Positions 7,976 through 18,218 of a DNA stretch of 25,075 nucleotides are shown here, piece by piece. The stretch's first letter is position 1. Each line of letters starts with the position of its first letter. The stretch comes from a virus (taxonomy: Duplodnaviria; Caudoviricetes). Where the stretch lies: IMG/VR virus record IMGVR_UViG_3300026931_000018, positions 1 to 25,075 of that record. The stretch is one strand, 5' to 3'. The translations under genes and the position numbers were made by a program. The notes under the pieces were generated by a model that was not told where the DNA came from, ran no database searches, and was given only the letters and a program-made list of their open reading frames with translations.

Positions 7976-9736
7976 TTATTTGTTTTTACGCATTACGATA
8001 TTGCTTTTCCATTCGTGTCGGCAGCTTGGAGAATGTTCGCCACTTGGCATAGTCCACCAACCACCTTTTCTGTCCCATACTGAATAACCTAATCTTGCAC
8101 TAATTTGCTCAATATCACTTCTTGAATAGAATTTATCTAAAGACATTAATCGTTTACAAAACTCTCTACTTGGGTGCTTTTCACTATCTCTTTGTGTAAT
8201 CGGTATATCATTTTTCCACTCATAAGAGTATCTAATCATAAAAGATTTAGTTTCTGGCTCTATTTTAGTTAAGTCCTTTAAAGGAGCAGTTAATTCATGA
8301 ATTAAAACTCCGTTCTCCGTTCCTTGAGCTAAACTACCACTTTTAATTAAATCCTCAATATTTCTATTTACAACATCAATATCAATTTTTAAAGTATCTG
8401 CAATTACTTCCGGTGTTATTCTTTTATCCTTGCTTATTAAGTCAAGTATATCAGCTTTAGTTTGGTTTATAGTTGCAAATAATTCGTAATCGGTATATTC
8501 ATCAAATCTTGCTTTCTTTTTGAATACTTGGAAATTCTCACTTGATTCGCCAAACTCCTCAAATATAAACTCATCGCTCATTTGTTGTGGTTGTGTTTGA
8601 TACTGACTCATATCAATACCCAACTTCTCTAATATCCACTCTTTAGGTGCTACTGCAGCTATTGTTTGCTCTCCAAATTCAATACCTATTGGCTCAACTG
8701 CTATCAAGTACATTGGCTCTTTTACACCTCTGTAACTGCCTATCATGTTAATAACTGCTTCAATTTGTCTTTGCTTGTAATTGATATAAGTGTTTTTAAA
8801 TATCTCATATCCATCACGCATCTCTTGTCTTGTCCCTAATTTGCCAGGCTCTGCAATACCAAATAAAGCCGGAGTAGTAATTTGATGAGCTACATAAATG
8901 TTTGTTCTAATCAACTCATCTACATGACCGAAATCTTCTTTAGTTAAATCACTTGCACCCAAGTCATCTATAATAGGCTTTCTGCCACTATCGTTTACAA
9001 ATGACAAAAGGAATTTCTTACCATCACTACCTGTAAACTTATTCTCAAACTTACGCTCAATAATTCTTTTCTCTTCTGGATTTGGCTCTCCGTTAGGTAA
9101 AGTAATTAATTTGCTTGGAGTAAAGCCAGTTTGTGCATTACCTAAAACGTGCTTACTTACCTCTATATCACTTTCAATATAATTCAAACCACCGAAATAA
9201 GATGGCAAAGGATAAATGCTAATACCAGCTCTATATTCTTTTACAAATAAGATTTGGCTTCCTTTAGGGAAGTTGGGATTAAATGCCGGATATACTTTAA
9301 CCTCCTCGTGTCTATCTTTCCAATTGTCTTTAATCCAAAACTCTGTGTTGTCTTTGTTAGTTCTAACTTTAGAATAATCTACATGGTAAATATCCGAGAT
9401 CATGCCATTCATTGACCAAATAACTTGAAGATAAAAGCCACCAAAAAGCTCATTATCAGTTACTATCTTTTTAGTTACTTCCTCAAGTGTTTCTACTTGG
9501 TTTGCGTGTTTAATAAAAAGCTCTCCGTAAACATCACCAGCTTTCCAGCCATTGCCACAGATATAATTAATCTTACCTTTTATTAATGCTTGGTGCTTTG
9601 CAGATTTCTTATAAAGCTCTAATAAGTATTCTGGGTAGTCATTCATATGACCATACTCATAATAACCTACTCCCTTTTTCTCTTTATAGTCCGGTTGTCT
9701 TGCTTCTGCAAATGTTAATATACTGAAATTATCCAT
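7976..9736 (-). CDS. portal protein with C-terminal wHTH-like and Cys/His (MuF-like) extension
   Basis: YG..NDYP..L..LY..SAKH.A, YPLPSY.G, AHQITTP.LFGI...G.LG are portal-like. The C-terminal extension contains SREFC...KGG...CRH.W. Confidence 0.8.
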   Translation of the reverse strand: MDNFSILTFAEARQPDYKEKKGVGYYEYGHMNDYPEYLLELYKKSAKHQALIKGKINYICGNGWKAGDVYGELFIKHANQVETLEEVTKKIVTDNELFGGFYLQVIWSMNGMISDIYHVDYSKVRTNKDNTEFWIKDNWKDRHEEVKVYPAFNPNFPKGSQILFVKEYRAGISIYPLPSYFGGLNYIESDIEVSKHVLGNAQTGFTPSKLITLPNGEPNPEEKRIIERKFENKFTGSDGKKFLLSFVNDSGRKPIIDDLGASDLTKEDFGHVDELIRTNIYVAHQITTPALFGIAEPGKLGTRQEMRDGYEIFKNTYINYKQRQIEAVINMIGSYRGVKEPMYLIAVEPIGIEFGEQTIAAVAPKEWILEKLGIDMSQYQTQPQQMSDEFIFEEFGESSENFQVFKKKARFDEYTDYELFATINQTKADILDLISKDKRITPEVIADTLKIDIDVVNRNIEDLIKSGSLAQGTENGVLIHELTAPLKDLTKIEPETKSFMIRYSYEWKNDIPITQRDSEKHPSREFCKRLMSLDKFYSRSDIEQISARLGYSVWDRKGGWWTMPSGEHSPSCRHEWKSNIVMRKNK

Positions 9737-10082
9737 AAACTACATATGTATTTAATGTTTCGTTAGTTGTAAATACTGTATCATTGTCAATTACCCTTAC
9801 TAAACCAACTTCCAATTCTTGACCGGTTGTAGCTACTCCAGAATTTGAGCCAAATACTAAATAATTCCATTGCCCTATTGTTAAAGCATTGAAAAAAGCA
9901 TAAGGAAATTCATTGTATCTATTAGGATAAGGACTTAAATCGGTGCTTCTCAATTTTACTACAGTTATTACTTGCTTCGTAACCACATTAGTAAACTGAA
10001 AATACCAATAAGCCCATGCACTCGTTTCTTTTTCATTTAGAGTGAAGATAAAATTAGTAGGATTGTCAACGTTTAGTACCAT
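9729..10082 (-). CDS. structural hypothetical protein (start revised to MVLNVD)
   Basis: The longer ORF-track start would run through a terminator hairpin. ATG at 10082 follows the CCTATTTA motif. Confidence 0.65.
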   Translation of the reverse strand: MVLNVDNPTNFIFTLNEKETSAWAYWYFQFTNVVTKQVITVVKLRSTDLSPYPNRYNEFPYAFFNALTIGQWNYLVFGSNSGVATTGQELEVGLVRVIDNDTVFTTNETLNTYVVYG

Positions 10083-10090
10083 TCTATTAG

Positions 10091-10098
10091 TAAATAGG
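10091..10098 (-). promoter_or_regulatory. putative late promoter motif CCTATTTA
   Basis: Lies between the terminator and the ATG at 10082, where transcription must restart for the portal operon. Confidence 0.55.
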
Positions 10099-10109
10099 CA
10101 AACCTCTAA

Positions 10110-10146
10110 AAATACAAAAAGAGGTGGTAAAAACCACCCCTCTTTT
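10110..10146 (-). terminator. intrinsic terminator after the major tail gene
   Basis: Minus strand AAAAGAGGGGTGGT-TTTT-ACCACCTC followed by TTTTTGTATT. Confidence 0.8.
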
Positions 10147-10166
10147 ATATACAACTACGAACAACC

Positions 10167-10676
10167 TTAGTTTGTGATAGCAGTTATTGCTCCAGCAGAT
10201 ACAGACCACATAGGATCAGCTTCCATTGCTTGGAATGTTAAAGTATAGCCATTTCTGTCGCCAGATGCAGTACCAGTAGCAGAATTACCAGAAGTAATAT
10301 CTAAACCATTTTTTGCACCAATTAACCAAAATGCACCATTCATATCTTCAACGATAGCCATCAATCTATTTTTAGCAAGTAACAAGATTTCGTTTCTTGT
10401 AGCTGCAGCTAATTTGTTAATAATAACAGTAACTTCTTGTTGATAAAAGATAGTTCCGTTTTGTACGTTAGCAGTTATTGTTTCTGTAAAAGATGAAGTT
10501 TCACGAACTTGATTATACTTCCAGAATTTTTTAGAAGCAACCATTGTTAATGTAGCAACTCCAGCAGCATAAGCTATTGAAGCAACATTGTCAAATTCTA
10601 CAAATCTTACCGACTTAACGCCACCTAAAGACTCTTTACAGTCCAGTATAAACCCTTGAGTTAAAGCACATGGCAT
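10167..10676 (-). CDS. major tail (tube) protein
   Basis: 169 aa after the capsid gene; MPC.LT.G...CK...GGVK, NGT.FY.Q, G...GDRNGYTLTF...E. Confidence 0.7.
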   Translation of the reverse strand: MPCALTQGFILDCKESLGGVKSVRFVEFDNVASIAYAAGVATLTMVASKKFWKYNQVRETSSFTETITANVQNGTIFYQQEVTVIINKLAAATRNEILLLAKNRLMAIVEDMNGAFWLIGAKNGLDITSGNSATGTASGDRNGYTLTFQAMEADPMWSVSAGAITAITN

Positions 10677-10696
10677 AATTTAATAATTTAAGATTT

Positions 10697-10729
10697 TAGA
10701 AGAAAAGTGGGAGTATTTAAACCCCCACT
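10697..10729 (-). terminator. intrinsic terminator/attenuator after the major capsid gene
   Basis: AGTGGGGGT-TTAAAT-ACTCCCACT stem (one G-U pair) followed by TTTCTTCT. Confidence 0.75.
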
Positions 10730-10738
10730 ATAATTTTA

Positions 10739-11698
10739 TTATACTAATACGAAAGCAACCATTTGAGTACCGAACGCATAGTTCACACCCATTTTAAATT
10801 CGCTTACGAAACGTACTTCATCAGCTTCTTTTGCGTAGAAGATTTCAAATCTTTCTTCTTCGTTCAATAAGTCAGTACCTAAGAATAAGTTCTCTAAGTT
10901 AGTAGAGTAGATTTTAGAAGTACCGTTCAAACCTGGAGTAGCAATAACTTCAATTGAAGTACCTGGTAAGAAGAATGAGCTATCAGCTTTTACATCTACT
11001 GCATAGTTAAACATATTAGCATTTTTCAATGCGATAGTGTAAGTACGGAATACATCTTGACCACAGAAGATTTTAGTGCTATCTTTAGCAACGATTTCAG
11101 CCGGTAAAGCTCTGTAAACTGCATCCATTATAGCAACTACGTTAGAAGTAGTAATACCTACTGCAGTAGTGATAGCAGCTGGTAAGAAAGTAGTAGTGTT
11201 AGCTAAGATAACAGTACCATCAGCAGCAGCCAATTTAGCTAAACCATCAAATTTATTTAAGTTTGCGTTACCAGAAGCAGTATCACCTTGCCATAAAGCA
11301 GTTTCTAATTGAGCAGCAATTTTAGCAGCTTTTAAGTTAGAATAATCTTCAGCATAAACCATTTCAGTATACATTGATCCAGCCGGTAATGCTTTTTGAA
11401 GATATTTAGTTTCTAAAGATTTGATACAAAGAGACTCATTAACTTTGATTTTACCAATAGTTACAGTTCTTTGAGTGAAAGTAGTAGTACCACTATTGTT
11501 GAAGCCACAAGTTCCACCAGCTTGGAATACTGCATCAGTATCCATGATGTTGATTTTTTCAGCAGATTTTACACCTACCATTACGTTACCTTGATTTTTG
11601 ATCAAAGTAGCAGTTTTTGCGCCTAATACGGCAGCAGACACTAACAAATCTTGATTTTCTGTAGTGTAGTTAGCTAAAGCACTTACGTTAAATGACAT
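10739..11698 (-). CDS. major capsid protein
   Basis: 319 aa after protease and scaffold, followed by a terminator; E..LWQGD....FDG, NL..GTDL. Confidence 0.85.
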   Translation of the reverse strand: MSFNVSALANYTTENQDLLVSAAVLGAKTATLIKNQGNVMVGVKSAEKINIMDTDAVFQAGGTCGFNNSGTTTFTQRTVTIGKIKVNESLCIKSLETKYLQKALPAGSMYTEMVYAEDYSNLKAAKIAAQLETALWQGDTASGNANLNKFDGLAKLAAADGTVILANTTTFLPAAITTAVGITTSNVVAIMDAVYRALPAEIVAKDSTKIFCGQDVFRTYTIALKNANMFNYAVDVKADSSFFLPGTSIEVIATPGLNGTSKIYSTNLENLFLGTDLLNEEERFEIFYAKEADEVRFVSEFKMGVNYAFGTQMVAFVLV

Positions 11699-11724
11699 TT
11701 TTTTTAGTTTTAATTGTTATTTGA

Positions 11725-12291
11725 TTATTTTACTTTTTTAGCCATTTCTAAGAAGCGGCTGATTTTTTCGTTTTTCTTTTCAATTTTTTGAAAGCTACTT
11801 GGAGCATCAATTGGATCAGCAGTAGCAGTTGTAGCTAAACCCTCAATTGCAGAAGCTAAATCTTTAATAGCTGCTTCAAATTTAGAGTACATTGCTAAAG
11901 CATTTTCCTCTTGGCTTACCAATTTTGCAGATTGCTCTTCAAATTGACCTTTAGTAGCTGCTAATTCTTCTTCAAGTTTAGCAATCTTTTCTTTTAATTC
12001 TTGCTCGGCATCTACTTCCGGCATTTCTTCTTCTACCTCTGGAGTTTTAATTTCAACAATCACTCCGTTTTCATCAACGATGATAACAGATTTGTCTGCT
12101 AAAATGTGCTCTCCCATAGGTGCAAAAGTTCCATCAGCTAAAGTAACTACGCCACCTACTTCATACTTATCTACGTTGATTGTAGTACCATTTTCTAAAG
12201 TGTACTCTACAAACTCAACTTGACTTTCTGTAGCAATTGGAGCATCGTTAAATAGCTCTTTTACTTTGTTTACGAAATCAATTGGGTGCAT
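11725..12291 (-). CDS. capsid scaffolding protein
   Basis: Acidic coiled-coil protein between protease and capsid genes; AP.GEH.L.D...I.V.E.G.I.EI motif. Confidence 0.7.
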   Translation of the reverse strand: MHPIDFVNKVKELFNDAPIATESQVEFVEYTLENGTTINVDKYEVGGVVTLADGTFAPMGEHILADKSVIIVDENGVIVEIKTPEVEEEMPEVDAEQELKEKIAKLEEELAATKGQFEEQSAKLVSQEENALAMYSKFEAAIKDLASAIEGLATTATADPIDAPSSFQKIEKKNEKISRFLEMAKKVK

Positions 12292-12324
12292 GATATATTT
12301 TATTTTAATTAGTGAACAATAATT

Positions 12325-13224
12325 TTAGTGCAACTTAACTTGTTCAAGTAAGTTTTTAATTTGAGCTTTTATTTGCTCGGCTTTCATTTCTTCCGGTCTT
12401 TTATACTTAAATAAACCCTCAACCGAGAAGCCTTTGAAATCTCCGTTTTTAATAGATGCCCATACTTCTGGATTATCTACTTTAAAGCTACCAAACCAAC
12501 TACCCTCCGGAGCATCTTCAAATCCAACCATTGGTTGTATGCCTCTTTTCTTTGAAGTAATAAAGCTCTCAAATAAAGTAACCCCATCAACTATTTGCAT
12601 TGGATCGTGCATTAAGTTTACGTTTGCTTGGTATCCCTTTTGGAAATACTTTTGTACTATCTTTTGAATAGTAGCAGCATTGAATACAACGTAATACTCT
12701 CCGTTTGCATCAAATCTGTAAATCGGAGTGTCGCTTAACATTAAAGGACCAGAAACTATTTGCTCATCTTCATTGATTGAGAATTTCATTTTTTGAATAC
12801 TCGTTAGTTTGTTTTCTGCCCAAGTTAAAGCAGCTTCGCCACCCCAAGCATCGTACATTAATTTACCACAACCATCTTCGTAGGTTTTAGAGCTTTCTAA
12901 ATCTACTTTATGTCTGCTTAAATAAGAGTACATTCTTTGGATTGTGTCTAAAGATATTGGCTCTCCACTTGCTAATTGATTAGCTCTTGTTTTACCTACC
13001 GGAGTACCACAAGTACCCCAACCATTTTCCTCTGCCCAATCTAAAGCCTTTTGAGCAGTATTCTTTACACTTTTTGGATAGTCACTAAATGAGTCAGCAA
13101 ACTTTAAGAAATTCTTTTGAATTGCAGGCTTGTCAACGAGTGCGATGAAGTCCACCTCACTATCATCGTTGAAGTCGGAGCTGATATCCAAGTAATATGT
13201 TTGAATGTTTGAGTCATATTTCAT
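12325..13224 (-). CDS. XkdF-like prohead serine protease with an internal inserted domain
   Basis: IALVDKPAIQKNF, VSGPLM....IYR, N.MH, P.GSW, GFSVEG (catalytic Ser). Confidence 0.8.
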   Translation of the reverse strand: MKYDSNIQTYYLDISSDFNDDSEVDFIALVDKPAIQKNFLKFADSFSDYPKSVKNTAQKALDWAEENGWGTCGTPVGKTRANQLASGEPISLDTIQRMYSYLSRHKVDLESSKTYEDGCGKLMYDAWGGEAALTWAENKLTSIQKMKFSINEDEQIVSGPLMLSDTPIYRFDANGEYYVVFNAATIQKIVQKYFQKGYQANVNLMHDPMQIVDGVTLFESFITSKKRGIQPMVGFEDAPEGSWFGSFKVDNPEVWASIKNGDFKGFSVEGLFKYKRPEEMKAEQIKAQIKNLLEQVKLH

Positions 13225-13229
13225 AATAA

Positions 13230-13236
13230 TAAATAG
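13230..13236 (-). promoter_or_regulatory. putative late promoter motif CTATTTA
   Basis: Lies in the 20-nt gap, 5 nt before the protease ATG. Confidence 0.5.
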
Positions 13237-13244
13237 TTTAATTG

Positions 13245-14900
13245 TTATTTAAAGCGACTTGAATTAAGTATTCTTGTTACTCTATTTTGTGAATTTGTTA
13301 CATCGCTCTCTAAAACGTATGCTTTTATAGCTTGATTTCCGAGTGCGTTTATTGTGCCTTGATTTAATTGTGTTACTGTTTGCTGCATAGGAGCTGGACT
13401 TACCGGTGCTGCTCCAAAACTACCAGTTGGCATATTTGCCCCTCCACTACTACTTGCTCCAGGAGTTTTTACATCTCTAATTTTTTGTACTGATTTATAA
13501 CCAGCATATAAAGCTATACCGGCATTAATAGGAGCTAAAGCTGGTCCGACAATTGGAATACCTACTGTACTTTCATAAGCCTTTTGAGCTGATAAGATAG
13601 CCGAGATAATTGCACTTGAAATAGCCAACGCTTTTTGAGTATCACTTCCTTCATCTGCTAATTGACTTGCAGTAGCTAAACTTTGCGAAATAGCATCAAG
13701 AGCTATAATAGCTGACTCCATTTTAGAACGAGCTAATAACCTTTCCGAGTCTGCAACTTGAGTATTTAAAACAATGTTTTGTTTTTTAAGTTTACTTACA
13801 TCTTTATAACTATTTTGCTCTTCTGTAGATGCAATTTGAGTTATTGACTTCATTTCAGTTAGCTCAATCTTGCTATCCTCAAATTCTTTCTTTCTTTTTT
13901 CTGCTGCCTCTTTAGCTTGTCTTGCTGACTCTTGTCTTCTTTTTCTCTCTGCTGCTTGGTATTCATAATTAGCAACTATACCCTCCGTATTTGACTTATT
14001 AATAGTATTTAAAGCATCTTTTGCACCTTGTTGGTCTATTTTTTTAATATCATTATAATATCTAATTTGAGCTTCTGTTTTTCTTCTTCTATAACTTTGT
14101 TCAATTTCAAATATCTCTTTTTCACTTGCTCCCCTTGCTTTTGCTTTAGCTATATCTATTGATTTTTGATTTTCTAAAGATTGAGTCAATTGGTCAAGTT
14201 CATACTTGCTACCCTCTTTAATTGTTCTATTAAACTCTTTTTGCTTTTCAGTAGCTTCTTCTGCTGCATTTGAAAGTTTATCAAAATAAGAAACTGCTTG
14301 CCCTAAAGCAACCACAAGTAAACCTATACCAGTTGCTGCAATAGCCCCTTTAAGAACATTAAAAGCCACACTCGTAGTTTCTACCTCAATTCCAAATAAT
14401 CGCATTGTAACTGCTGCAGCCTTAGTCGCTAACTCATTTGCCTTAATTACAATGGTGCTATTTTGAATTACAGATATTAAGTTTTTAAAGCCTTGAATAC
14501 CGGTATCTAAAAAGGTATTTAAACCCTCACTTAAAGCTAAAGCACCTTGTACTTTTACTAAAGTTTGTTGCAAATCCTCGCTCTCAATCCCAAAAGTAGC
14601 CATTGCCCCTTGTACTGCTGCAAACCCACCGGCTACACCTTGTAAAGATTGACTAAAAGCTCTAAATTTAGCATCTGGATTAAATGCATCTGCCATACTT
14701 TTAGCATCACCTATTCTATCTTTTAATTCTGCAACTCTTTTTGCTGCTACAACTGCTTCCTTTGAGCCTTCGCCAAATTTATCAGCCATTGCAATTAACT
14801 CTGCATTTGCAGCTTTTAATTGAGCTTTTACACTACCAACCGACTCAACTGCTTGAGAAGAGTCAATAACTATCTTCGTGCCTACTATATTATCTGCCAT
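13245..14900 (-). CDS. tail tape measure protein
   Basis: 551 aa, Ala/Lys/Gln-rich helical, with AIAATGIGLLVVALG and GIPIVGPALA hydrophobic segments; C-terminal KAYV..SDVT..Q. Confidence 0.8.
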   Translation of the reverse strand: MADNIVGTKIVIDSSQAVESVGSVKAQLKAANAELIAMADKFGEGSKEAVVAAKRVAELKDRIGDAKSMADAFNPDAKFRAFSQSLQGVAGGFAAVQGAMATFGIESEDLQQTLVKVQGALALSEGLNTFLDTGIQGFKNLISVIQNSTIVIKANELATKAAAVTMRLFGIEVETTSVAFNVLKGAIAATGIGLLVVALGQAVSYFDKLSNAAEEATEKQKEFNRTIKEGSKYELDQLTQSLENQKSIDIAKAKARGASEKEIFEIEQSYRRRKTEAQIRYYNDIKKIDQQGAKDALNTINKSNTEGIVANYEYQAAERKRRQESARQAKEAAEKRKKEFEDSKIELTEMKSITQIASTEEQNSYKDVSKLKKQNIVLNTQVADSERLLARSKMESAIIALDAISQSLATASQLADEGSDTQKALAISSAIISAILSAQKAYESTVGIPIVGPALAPINAGIALYAGYKSVQKIRDVKTPGASSSGGANMPTGSFGAAPVSPAPMQQTVTQLNQGTINALGNQAIKAYVLESDVTNSQNRVTRILNSSRFK

Positions 14901-14901
14901 T

Positions 14902-17040
14902 TTAATAAATTGTGTCTATTACTTTTAATAATTCTACTTTCGTAGGTTTCTCGCTTAATGGATCGTAACCATCTACTTTATTTATTCTCCACATCGTTCC
15001 ATCTATAAGTATGTTTTTTGCAAAATCTAATGTTCTTATATCCATACTCGTTAAATGAAATTGAGCAGTAAGGATTGTACTATTAGGATTTGTTATTTCT
15101 GCAAAGTATTGACTCCAGAATGAATTGAATAACCCATAATTAACAGTAGTGCCGGTAATTGTGTAATAAATCTCTTTTGGAGATGCCCAACCTAATGATT
15201 GAAAGTAAGTGCCATTATCTGGAACAGTTGGATGCTCCCACATACCAGCATAAGGGAATTGAGTTATATTAGTTTGATAGTTACCACCACCGGTATTCTT
15301 TATATCCCAATTGGCAACAGTTAGCATTTTGGTTTGTAGAATACGGATATTGCTTGAAGTAATACTCTCATCTGCAAAGTTACCTTCCTTGTATAAAGCC
15401 GGAACTATTTTAGGTTGATTATTTGGAGCATAATTAACAGTAGATGCAAATATAACCTCTAAATCATCTTTGTCTTTAGCATACTCGTATTCGCTATCAT
15501 AACTAAAGTCCATATAACCTTCGTTATACTTTTCTTTGTATGTTTTATTCCAATAAGCATCATCATTCTTATATTTGAAATTAAATACACGAGCATTCAA
15601 TTCGCCCATAGGTTTTAACCTAATCTCTTGACTTCTATCAAGTTTGTCGCTCCAATCTAAATTATCGTTTAAGTAGAAATCTATATATGGTGTGATTATC
15701 AGCTTTTTAGCTATATTCTTATCCTCAACCACATAAAGATTAAACATTTTAAGGATTGAAGTAAAGAAGTCCGTTATTTTGATGTTTTTAGGTACGCAAT
15801 AACTCATTTGTAAAGTATCACCTATTACTGCTTGAGTTGCAGTTTTAACCGGAGTATCAATATACCAAGTTGAATTATTAGTTACAATTGTAGAAGTCAA
15901 TCCTCCAACGTATGGTAAATATTCAATAACTATTTTATAAATATCATTTGTAACAAGATTTACTACTGTACTTAAATTCTTGCCATAAATATATGGATCG
16001 TTAGCAGTTCCTTGATTTGAAGTTTGGAAGCTATCTAAAATAGCAAATTGAACTCCATTCTTAAATAACTTAATAGAATAAAATCCTTGCCCTACAATAG
16101 ACAAGTTCATAAACAAATTAAATTGAGTATTATTTACAGTTGTAGCTCCAGTATATTGATATTGCCCACCACCTATACTTGCAAAATCTCTAAACGTACC
16201 AGCATACCAAAGGAATGTATAAGGAGATACTGCAGTCAATCCAAATGTATATTGTGTTGTACCTATGTTTAATAATTGAGATACTAAAATCTTTAATCTG
16301 TCATCGTTATTAGGAACTATTAATCTCTTGAAAAAAGCAGTATCAAAGAAAGCACAATCGTAAGTATATCCACTTAAATTAAAAATCCTTTGTATGTATT
16401 CCCTTACATAAACTGCCGGTCTTAATGCTTGTTCGTAAAAATGAGCTCTTGCAGAAGTTTCAGCCACCTTGCCATAGTCAATCAACGGATAGAAATACCC
16501 AACGCCTGGATTTGTATTTCTATTAGTCCAAGATGCCACCATATTTGCATAGTTATAAGTATGATTAAGGTCATCAAGATATAACTGCTCAAGAAGTTTA
16601 GTGCCGGAATTAACATTTGATACCTCATCGGTAATTCCTTTACTCAACTCATAATAAAACCCACCTAATTCTCCAAATACTGCACATTCATACTCTACAT
16701 GATTAGCATACTTGACAACCTCCATAACCCTTAATTTACCTTTAAAGATTTGGATATTGTCTACTAATATAATACAATTGCTTCCAACTGCTGCAGTGTA
16801 ATTCTCATTAACATTAGGTGCTTGAGTATTTACATTCTCAATGGCTAAAAATCTACCAAGCTCGGAGATATGGTTGAATATCTTATTATTCTTTTGACTT
16901 CCTTGTATTACTATTGTCTTTGAATAACTTGTATTCTTACTGCCAAAGTCCTTTACATCATCAATAACATAGCTAATCTCACAAGCTATATCATTTGTCA
17001 AATCTAATTCAAAACCCTCTACAAATATTTGTGTCCTCAT
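14902..17040 (-). CDS. tail tip/baseplate hub-like protein
   Basis: 712 aa; N-terminal LDL...I.Y.IDD.KDF..K..SYSKT, YPLIDYG; adjacent to the tape measure gene. Confidence 0.6.
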   Translation of the reverse strand: MRTQIFVEGFELDLTNDIACEISYVIDDVKDFGSKNTSYSKTIVIQGSQKNNKIFNHISELGRFLAIENVNTQAPNVNENYTAAVGSNCIILVDNIQIFKGKLRVMEVVKYANHVEYECAVFGELGGFYYELSKGITDEVSNVNSGTKLLEQLYLDDLNHTYNYANMVASWTNRNTNPGVGYFYPLIDYGKVAETSARAHFYEQALRPAVYVREYIQRIFNLSGYTYDCAFFDTAFFKRLIVPNNDDRLKILVSQLLNIGTTQYTFGLTAVSPYTFLWYAGTFRDFASIGGGQYQYTGATTVNNTQFNLFMNLSIVGQGFYSIKLFKNGVQFAILDSFQTSNQGTANDPYIYGKNLSTVVNLVTNDIYKIVIEYLPYVGGLTSTIVTNNSTWYIDTPVKTATQAVIGDTLQMSYCVPKNIKITDFFTSILKMFNLYVVEDKNIAKKLIITPYIDFYLNDNLDWSDKLDRSQEIRLKPMGELNARVFNFKYKNDDAYWNKTYKEKYNEGYMDFSYDSEYEYAKDKDDLEVIFASTVNYAPNNQPKIVPALYKEGNFADESITSSNIRILQTKMLTVANWDIKNTGGGNYQTNITQFPYAGMWEHPTVPDNGTYFQSLGWASPKEIYYTITGTTVNYGLFNSFWSQYFAEITNPNSTILTAQFHLTSMDIRTLDFAKNILIDGTMWRINKVDGYDPLSEKPTKVELLKVIDTIY

Positions 17041-18218
17041 TATCGTAATTGAGTTTGTTGTATGCCTAATAGAATGTCTATCTCTAAATTAAATATCTTA
17101 TCTGCTCCTCTTTTCTTTTCTGCCCAGTCGCTTGTTTCTATTGTTACCGGTATCATTAAAGTATTATTATCTATTTGAGCAAATACTTGTGGAGATGCCA
17201 ATAATTCCCTCAACCATAAAAAGTCAGTTTCAGTAACATATTCGCTTACTAATTTAATTTTATGAGTCATTGTATTTGCGTAGTTAGTTTTAACCTCGCC
17301 TAAAGTGTTATTATAAACTCTATTTATGTTAACTCCAATATCAAAAGCACTTGTTGTATAGGTTGTAATTAACCCTAATTTATTTATAGATTGTCTTTCT
17401 ATGTTTGTATTTACACGATTAACCCCAGAAAATAAGAAGCTCTCAAAACCACCCATTGCATTTAGGAAGTGAAGCATAACCGGATTGTTCTTTGTGCAGT
17501 TGAAGTTTATATCTATCGTAGTGTTATTGAGTGCATTATAGAATGGATCGCCATCAACATCAAAAAATACTTTACTTGCATCTCCAAATAAGATTGAACT
17601 TGTTAGTTTAGCATTATAAACACCTATTGCATTTAAAGAGTCGGCAAATGAATAAGTAGATGGACTTGCTAAAGTGCCAAAATTAACTGTACCTCCAACA
17701 TAGGTTTGTGATTTGAATATAGGAATATAAACCGAGTAATTCCCATAAGAATTAATTGTTCTATATCTGTTTGTGCTTAAATACAAAGGTAATGTTCCAC
17801 CATAAGAAACTAACCCTAAATCCGGCAGCAAACTATCATTTAAGAATGATGGATACCCATACCAAGCATAACTCGTTTCGGTAGCTACATTAGTAGTAAT
17901 CACTCCACTTGTATTTTCTGTTCCATATTTAACCTGATATTCTATATAAGGGAAGTATGCAGAGCTTATATTAGCTTGAATATAGTTTTTTATTATCGGA
18001 GCTACATCAAGATAAGCATGATAGGTAGCACCCATTGTAATAGCTTTGTATTCTCTTAATACAAGCACACTATTTATATATACATCAAATATATAACGAT
18101 TATAAGCATAACTTGGAGTAGTTATAGGTTGATTTTCTCCGAATGCGTGAATGACTGGTCTGCATATAGACCTCATTTGATTTTTGGCATAATTGCCTTG
18201 TAAAACTGCTAAACCCAT
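17040..18218 (-). CDS. tail structural protein (distal-tail-like)
   Basis: 392 aa; F.N.MGGFESF.F and ELL.SP.V motifs; translationally coupled within the tail block. Confidence 0.55.
   Translation of the reverse strand: MGLAVLQGNYAKNQMRSICRPVIHAFGENQPITTPSYAYNRYIFDVYINSVLVLREYKAITMGATYHAYLDVAPIIKNYIQANISSAYFPYIEYQVKYGTENTSGVITTNVATETSYAWYGYPSFLNDSLLPDLGLVSYGGTLPLYLSTNRYRTINSYGNYSVYIPIFKSQTYVGGTVNFGTLASPSTYSFADSLNAIGVYNAKLTSSILFGDASKVFFDVDGDPFYNALNNTTIDINFNCTKNNPVMLHFLNAMGGFESFLFSGVNRVNTNIERQSINKLGLITTYTTSAFDIGVNINRVYNNTLGEVKTNYANTMTHKIKLVSEYVTETDFLWLRELLASPQVFAQIDNNTLMIPVTIETSDWAEKKRGADKIFNLEIDILLGIQQTQLR

Noticed and set aside
10083-10154. N-terminal extension of ORF 9729..10154
   Set aside because: It runs through the terminator hairpin and the CCTATTTA motif.
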